This document shows positions 50,148-55,010 of a stretch of DNA of 55,010 nucleotides, piece after piece. The position numbers and the translations under genes are program-made. Source of the DNA: an uncultured Bacilli bacterium (GTDB lineage Bacteria; Bacillota_I; Bacilli_A; RF39; UBA660); NCBI GenBank assembly GCA_947589195.1, contig CANPZX010000001.1:1-55010 (forward strand), read 5' to 3'. Numbering within the stretch: position 1 is the stretch's first letter; each line of letters starts with the position of its first letter. The notes beneath the pieces were generated by a model. That model did no database searches. It was given only the letters and a program-made list of their open reading frames with translations, and had not been told where the DNA came from.

Positions 50148-50581
50148 TGGATAATATTAATAATGAGTTTGGTTATACGAAAGATTATAGTTATTTAAGT
50201 GAGGTAATTAAAGAAACTTTAGAGCACGAACAAGCAACTGATGCCTTATTTGAAATTACTTTTGTTGATGAAGAAAAAATAAGAAAAATTAACCATCAAT
50301 ACAGGCATATTGATAAAATAACGGATGTCATATCTTTTGCTTTTGAAGATAATCAAGATTATATTCCAAAAATAAGATTTCTCGGCGAAATATATATATG
50401 TATTCCGAGGATGCAAGAACAAGCCCTAACTTATGGGCATAGCGAAAAAAGAGAATTAGCTTTTTTATGTGTTCATGGGCTTTTACATTTACTAGGATAT
50501 GATCATCAAGAAAAAGCTGAAGAAAAAGTTATGTTTGCCTTACAAGATGAAATTCTAAATAAAGTTGGCATAACTAAATAG
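50147..50581 (+). CDS. ybeY: Endoribonuclease YbeY (16S rRNA maturation)
   Basis: TDVISF, zinc motif HGLLHLLGYDH. GTG 50147 overlaps the vanZ TAG. Confidence 0.9.
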   Translation: MDNINNEFGYTKDYSYLSEVIKETLEHEQATDALFEITFVDEEKIRKINHQYRHIDKITDVISFAFEDNQDYIPKIRFLGEIYICIPRMQEQALTYGHSEKRELAFLCVHGLLHLLGYDHQEKAEEKVMFALQDEILNKVGITK

Positions 50582-50596
50582 TAAGGAAGTAGAAAA

Positions 50597-51481
50597 ATGA
50601 AGAGTGGTTTTGTAAGTATCATTGGTCGACCTAATGTGGGGAAAAGTACCCTGATTAATACAATAATAAATAAAAAAATAGCAATTACTTCGGATAAAGC
50701 CCAAACAACTAGAAATATCATTCAGGGGGTATATAATGAAAAAGATACCCAAATAGTTTTCGTGGATACTCCGGGTATTCATAAACCAATAAATAAATTA
50801 GGTAAAATTTTAAATAAAGAAACTTATGCTTTAACAAAAGATGTTGATGCTATTTTATTTGTTGTCGATGCTTCCGTTAATTTAGGTAGTGGCGATAAAT
50901 TTATTATTAATAGTTTAAAACAAAATGATATTCCCGTTATTTTAGTCTTAAATAAAATTGATAAAATAAGACCCGAACAAGTTTTATTAATGATTGAATC
51001 CTATAAAGATTTATATCCTTTTGCCGAGATTGTTCCGATAAGTGGTCTTAAAAATGACAATGTTGATCGTTTAATAAAAGTAATTAAAAAATACTTAACT
51101 GATGATGTCAAGTATTTTCCAGATGAAGTAATAACCAGTAATAGTATCTATTTTATGATTAGTGAATTAGTAAGAGAAAAACTACTTAACCTAACAATTG
51201 AAGAAGTACCGCATTCTCTTACTTGTACCACCAGTCATTATGAAGAAAAAAAAGATTTAATTGAAATAACTGTTGATATTATCGTGGACCGTGATTCTAT
51301 TAAAAAAATTGTTATAGGTAAAAATGGTGAAAGATTAAAAACTGTTGGTTCCCTAGCGCGTAAAGATATTGAAACTATGCTTGGGAAAAAAGTTTATTTA
51401 GAGTTATATGTCAAAACTATCAAAAAATGGCGGGAAAAAGAAAAACTATTAAATGAACTTGGTTTTAAAGAATTTGAATAA
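50597..51481 (+). CDS. era: GTPase Era
   Basis: GRPNVGKST, DTPG, NKID, KH domain C-terminus (VIGKNGERLK). Confidence 0.95.
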   Translation: MKSGFVSIIGRPNVGKSTLINTIINKKIAITSDKAQTTRNIIQGVYNEKDTQIVFVDTPGIHKPINKLGKILNKETYALTKDVDAILFVVDASVNLGSGDKFIINSLKQNDIPVILVLNKIDKIRPEQVLLMIESYKDLYPFAEIVPISGLKNDNVDRLIKVIKKYLTDDVKYFPDEVITSNSIYFMISELVREKLLNLTIEEVPHSLTCTTSHYEEKKDLIEITVDIIVDRDSIKKIVIGKNGERLKTVGSLARKDIETMLGKKVYLELYVKTIKKWREKEKLLNELGFKEFE

Positions 51482-51535
51482 AATTTAAAAAATATCCCCA
51501 TTATATATTTAGAAAGAATAAAATGGGTGATAAAA

Positions 51536-51628
51536 ATGAATAAAGAAACAGCTTGGCAAAAATTTAAAGAATCAGGTAAAGTTGAAGATTATTTAGAGTA
51601 TGTTAAATTAAAGAGAAGTGAAAAATAA
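51536..51628 (+). CDS. yqzL: YqzL-family small protein (30 aa)
   Basis: MNKETAWQKFKESGKVEDYLEYVKLKRSEK. Stop overlaps the recO ATG (TAATG). Located between era and recO as in Bacillus. Confidence 0.6.
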   Translation: MNKETAWQKFKESGKVEDYLEYVKLKRSEK

Positions 51629-52359
51629 TGATTTCAAAAGTTGAAGGAATAATTATAAGTGAAACAGCTTATGGTGAAACTTCGAAAATAATGCAAGTAT
51701 TTACTAAAGAATATGGAATCATAGGTATAATGGGTAAGGGTGTTAAATCTATAAAAAGTCCCTTGCGGGCTCTTACTCTTAAATATACTTATGGTTCTTT
51801 TAATATTTATTATAAAGAAAATAAATTATCTCTTTTAAAAGATGTTGATATAATTAATCCTTTAAAAAATATTAAAAGTGATATTACTTTAATTGGTTAT
51901 CTTGGTTATTTATGTGATTTAGCGCATCAAGTTTATAAACAAAATAATAATAAAATAATTTATGATTTATTAATCCAAGGTATTTTAAAAATTGAAGAAG
52001 GTTTAGATCCTTTAGTTATTACGAATATTTTAGAACTTAAATTTTTAAAGTTTTTAGGTGTAGGCTTAGAATTAGATTCATGTATTTTATGTGGTAGTAA
52101 AACTAATATTTTAACAATTGATGCGGATGCTGGGGGTTATGTTTGTCAAAAATGTTATACTAATGAAATAATTGTTAATAAAAAATGTATTAGTTTAATT
52201 AGAATGTATTATTATGTTGCTTTAGAACAAGTAAAAGAACTTAAAATAAGTAAAGAAGTAGCCAGTGAAATAAATAGATTTATTGATCGTTATTATGAAA
52301 GATATACGGGTTTATATTTAAAAAGTAAAGATTTCTTAAATAAGATATTATCGTTATAG
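51628..52359 (+). CDS. recO: DNA repair protein RecO
   Basis: OB-fold N-terminus (EGIIISETAYGETSKI), zinc motif C.LCG...C..C. Confidence 0.85.
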   Translation: MISKVEGIIISETAYGETSKIMQVFTKEYGIIGIMGKGVKSIKSPLRALTLKYTYGSFNIYYKENKLSLLKDVDIINPLKNIKSDITLIGYLGYLCDLAHQVYKQNNNKIIYDLLIQGILKIEEGLDPLVITNILELKFLKFLGVGLELDSCILCGSKTNILTIDADAGGYVCQKCYTNEIIVNKKCISLIRMYYYVALEQVKELKISKEVASEINRFIDRYYERYTGLYLKSKDFLNKILSL

Positions 52360-52394
52360 TAATATTTTAATTTGTGACAACAATAATTTTATCT

Positions 52395-52422
52395 TTGTAA
52401 TTTCTTATAAGTATGTTATAAT
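52395..52422 (+). promoter_or_regulatory. Extended -10 promoter for the T-box leader
   Basis: TTGTAA (52395-52400), 16-nt spacer ending in TGT, TATAAT (52417-52422). Confidence 0.55.
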
Positions 52423-52427
52423 TTAGT

Positions 52428-52552
52428 CATACAAGTGTTGATGAGCTTGGCAAACTCGGAGCTATATAAAATAAAAGTGATTCGCTAAAGAATAAAAAGG
52501 GTGGAACCGCGGAAATATTATTTCGTCCCTTGGGCTTTCTTTAGTGTTTTTT
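52428..52552 (+). promoter_or_regulatory. Glycine-specific T-box riboswitch leader (short glyQS type)
   Basis: T-box sequence AAAAAGGGTGGAACCGCG (~52495-52511) with a UGGA bulge. Specifier-loop candidate GGC-A at 52449-52452. Terminator arms CTAAAGAA / TTCTTTAG followed by a T-run (to ~52552). Confidence 0.85.
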
Positions 52553-52571
52553 AATTTAAGGAGGGATAATT

Positions 52572-53093
52572 TTGAATGTATTTGTAGCCCACACTTTTAG
52601 TGAGAATTTAAGTGCTGATTATTATGATTTAATATTACAAGTTTATAAACTAATTAAAGAAAATAATCATAAAATATTAGTTGGTGGTTTATTTACGAAA
52701 CTAAAAGATAATTTATTAGAATATGAAGATATTATTACTTGTTATTCATTAAGAAAATATCAAGAAGAAGAACGTAAATTATTACCAAATGGAAAATATA
52801 TTTTAACTGATAATATTTATAGTCGGACTAAAAATTTAATGGAAAATAGTGATATAGTAGTTATATTACCTGGCGGATCGGGCTCTTTAGCGGAAATATT
52901 TAGTATTTTAGAAGCATATAAATATCTTGAAAGTAAAAATAAAATTTATATTCTTAATTATCATAATCATTATGATGATTTAATTAATTATTTAAAAAAG
53001 TTAGAAGATAATAAATTTAATAAAAGAACAGATTTAGCTTATTTAAAAATTATTAATTTAAAAGAATTAAAAAGTATTTTAGAAAGTAGGTAA
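52572..53093 (+). CDS. LOG/TIGR00730-like Rossmann-fold protein (divergent)
   Basis: VILPGGSGSLAEIFSILE matches the PGGxGTxxE motif. The N-terminal GGGxxGxMG motif is poorly conserved. TTG start after AAGGAGGG. Confidence 0.6.
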   Translation: MNVFVAHTFSENLSADYYDLILQVYKLIKENNHKILVGGLFTKLKDNLLEYEDIITCYSLRKYQEEERKLLPNGKYILTDNIYSRTKNLMENSDIVVILPGGSGSLAEIFSILEAYKYLESKNKIYILNYHNHYDDLINYLKKLEDNKFNKRTDLAYLKIINLKELKSILESR

Positions 53094-53097
53094 AATT

Positions 53098-54477
53098 ATG
53101 AAAATGGATGAATTAGTTAATTTTTGTAAACAATATGGTTTTATATTTCAAGGAAGTGAAATTTATGGAGGATTATCAAATACTTGGGATTATGGTCCTT
53201 TAGGAATTGAATTAAAAGAAAATATAAGAAGAGCTTGGTGGAAAAAATTTATTCAAGAAAATCCATATAATTATGGTATTCAAAGTGCTATTTTAATGAA
53301 TCCGAAAGTTTGGGAAGCAACTGGACACGTTACAAGTTTTAATGATCCCTTAATTGATTGTAAACATTGTAAAATGCGTTTTCGAGCTGATAAATTAATT
53401 TCGGAATATATGAGTGGTAAAAATAAGGAAATATCTTGTGATGGTTGGGAAAATGAAAAATTAGAAAACTTTATTAAAGAAGAAAAAATACCTTGTCCTA
53501 ATTGTGGAAGTTTAGATTTTACCGGAATTCGGCAATTTAACATGATGTTTAAAACTTTCCAAGGAGTAACGGAAGATGCTAGTGCAACAGTATATTTAAG
53601 ACCAGAAACAGCTCAAGGAATGTTTGTTAATTTTAATAATATTGTTAGAAGTATGCGAGTTAAAGTACCATTTGGAATTGGTCAAACTGGTAAGAGTTTT
53701 CGAAACGAAATAACTCCGGGTAATTTTACTTTTAGAACTAGAGAATTTGAACAGATGGAATTAGAATTTTTCTGTAAACCAGGTACTGATTTAGAATGGT
53801 TTGGCTACTATAAACAATTTTGCATGGACTTTTTAAAAAGCCTAGGAATTAGTAAAGAAAACTTACGTTTCCGGGATCATGCCAAAGAAGAATTAGCCTT
53901 TTATAGTGTAGCTACAACCGATATCGAATATCGATTCTTACATGGTTTTGATGAGCTTTGGGGAATAGCTGACCGAACAGATTATGATTTAACTACGCAT
54001 AAAGAACATAGTGGGGTTGATTTATCTTATATTGACCCTCAAACAAATGAAAGATATATACCTTATTGTATTGAACCAGCAGTAGGTCTAGATCGTTTAA
54101 TTCTAATGTTTTTAACAGAAGCTTATACTAAAGAAAAATTAGAAAATGATGATGAACGAGTTGTTTTAAAACTTCATCCTTTCTTAGCTCCAATTAAAAT
54201 AACAATTTTACCTCTTATTAAAAAAGTTCATGGCGATAAAGCAAATGATTTATATGCCCGACTTTGTAAAAGTTTTAATTGTAGTTATGATGATGCTGGT
54301 AGTATCGGGAAAAGATATCGAAGAAGTGATGCTGTTGGAACACCATTTTGTATAACTATTGATGATGAAACTTTACAAAATGATACAGTTACTTTAAGAG
54401 AGCGTGATACAATGGAACAAATTACTATAAAAATAGCTGATTTAGAAAGTTATATTAGTAAACATCTTGAGTTTTAA
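53098..54477 (+). CDS. glyQS: Glycine--tRNA ligase (single-chain alpha2 type)
   Basis: FQGSEIYGGL...WDYGPLG, RPETAQG, FRNEI.P....R.REFEQME.EFF, GLDRL, anticodon-binding C-terminus. Confidence 0.95.
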   Translation: MKMDELVNFCKQYGFIFQGSEIYGGLSNTWDYGPLGIELKENIRRAWWKKFIQENPYNYGIQSAILMNPKVWEATGHVTSFNDPLIDCKHCKMRFRADKLISEYMSGKNKEISCDGWENEKLENFIKEEKIPCPNCGSLDFTGIRQFNMMFKTFQGVTEDASATVYLRPETAQGMFVNFNNIVRSMRVKVPFGIGQTGKSFRNEITPGNFTFRTREFEQMELEFFCKPGTDLEWFGYYKQFCMDFLKSLGISKENLRFRDHAKEELAFYSVATTDIEYRFLHGFDELWGIADRTDYDLTTHKEHSGVDLSYIDPQTNERYIPYCIEPAVGLDRLILMFLTEAYTKEKLENDDERVVLKLHPFLAPIKITILPLIKKVHGDKANDLYARLCKSFNCSYDDAGSIGKRYRRSDAVGTPFCITIDDETLQNDTVTLRERDTMEQITIKIADLESYISKHLEF

Positions 54478-54480
54478 ATA

Positions 54481-54505
54481 ATTGTCTTAAAAGGCAATTT
54501 TTTTT
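54481..54505 (+). terminator. Terminator after glyQS
   Basis: ATTGTC-ttaaaa-GGCAAT (one G-T pair) followed by T7. Confidence 0.55.
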
Positions 54506-54719
54506 AGAAAATAAAAAAGTACTATTAATTAGTACTTAAACTTTAAGGAAAGGATGCGAGGATACAATTACAAATTGATAATTATATACCTGCTTTTAGA
54601 AAAGGAATAAATCCTTTCCTAATTAATAGTATACACTAATATTATTAAATTTCAACTATTTTTGATTTACTAAGTTAAATAAAAATGTTAAGATATAGAT
54701 AAGAATGGAGAAGATGAAA

Positions 54720-55010
54720 ATGGAAAAAATAGCAAATGGGGGGGGGGTTATTTAAGAGTAAGAAAGTAAGACTTTCTATTTTAATAATTCTCTTAATAAC
54801 GTTAGTAATAGGAAGTACCTATGCCTTATGGCAAATAACCCATATCCAAACCGGATTAAATAAATTAGCAAGTAATTGTTATGATATTGAATTTAGTGAA
54901 CAAGATAATATAGTTTTAAAAGAAGCCATACCGATATTAAATAGTGAAGGAGAAAAGTTAACTCCCTATATAATAAGCATCAAAAATACTTGTGATGCTG
55001 AAACTAAATA
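54720..55010 (+). CDS. NPY-tail surface-protein family, copy D (5' part only; runs off the window); poly-G phase-variable, OFF as sequenced
   Basis: ATG 54720 is 9 nt after GGAG (an in-frame ATG also exists at 54714). G10 at 54738-54747 gives MEKIANGGGVI-stop (TAA 54753-54755). With G9 it reads MEKIANGGGLFKSKKVRLSILIILLITLVIGSTYALWQ...TPYIISIKNTCDAETK and stays open to the window end. Confidence 0.75.
54738..54747 (+). repeat. G10 homopolymer (second phase-variation tract)
   Basis: Counted directly: ggg at 54738-54740 plus seven g at 54741-54747. Confidence 0.95.

Overview
This is a strongly AT-rich chromosomal window from a low-GC, endospore-forming Firmicute (Bacillota). It uses the standard genetic code: Trp is TGG throughout, and TGA ends several genes. 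About 90 percent is coding. Most of it is housekeeping operons in Bacillus-like order: an LCP protein and recD2, mutS, nusB-xseA-xseB-proS-spoIVB, radC-mreC-mreD-spoIVFA-spoIVFB-rplU-prp-rpmA, hrcA-grpE-dnaK-dnaJ, mtaB, a cpsC/D/B tyrosine-kinase module, a rearranged dcw block (mraY, spoVD-like PBP, ftsW, murG, divIB), queH, murT-gatD, and yqfC-yqfD-ybeY-era-yqzL-recO-(Gly T-box)-glyQS. I saw no rRNA, tRNA or CRISPR.

The accessory content sits at the junctions between these blocks:

1. A dispersed paralogous family of secreted or anchored proteins has five copies (A 25375, B 27204, C 46402, D 54720, and remnant E 17761). Copies C and D each carry a G10 homopolymer a few codons after the start. 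Both are currently frameshifted, and a one-G change would restore the reading frame, so these look like contingency loci.
2. Three ORF6N-type gene copies lie in tandem inside the dcw cluster, one intact and two decayed. Each has a perfect 25-29 nt palindrome at the same codon position, but the three palindrome sequences differ.
3. An ORF wedged between grpE and dnaK contains a single in-frame TGA.
4. pepF is inserted between dnaK and dnaJ.
5. The GatD homologue lacks the catalytic Cys and His.
6. A thioester-domain/Cna-B adhesin is paired with its own sortase and an unusual IPNTY sorting motif.
7. A glycine T-box leads a LOG-like gene ahead of glyQS.
8. There are decay products: a truncated IS200 tnpA, a dinD pseudogene, and a family-gene stub.

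All calls come from reading the sequence and from recalled family motifs. No searches were run.
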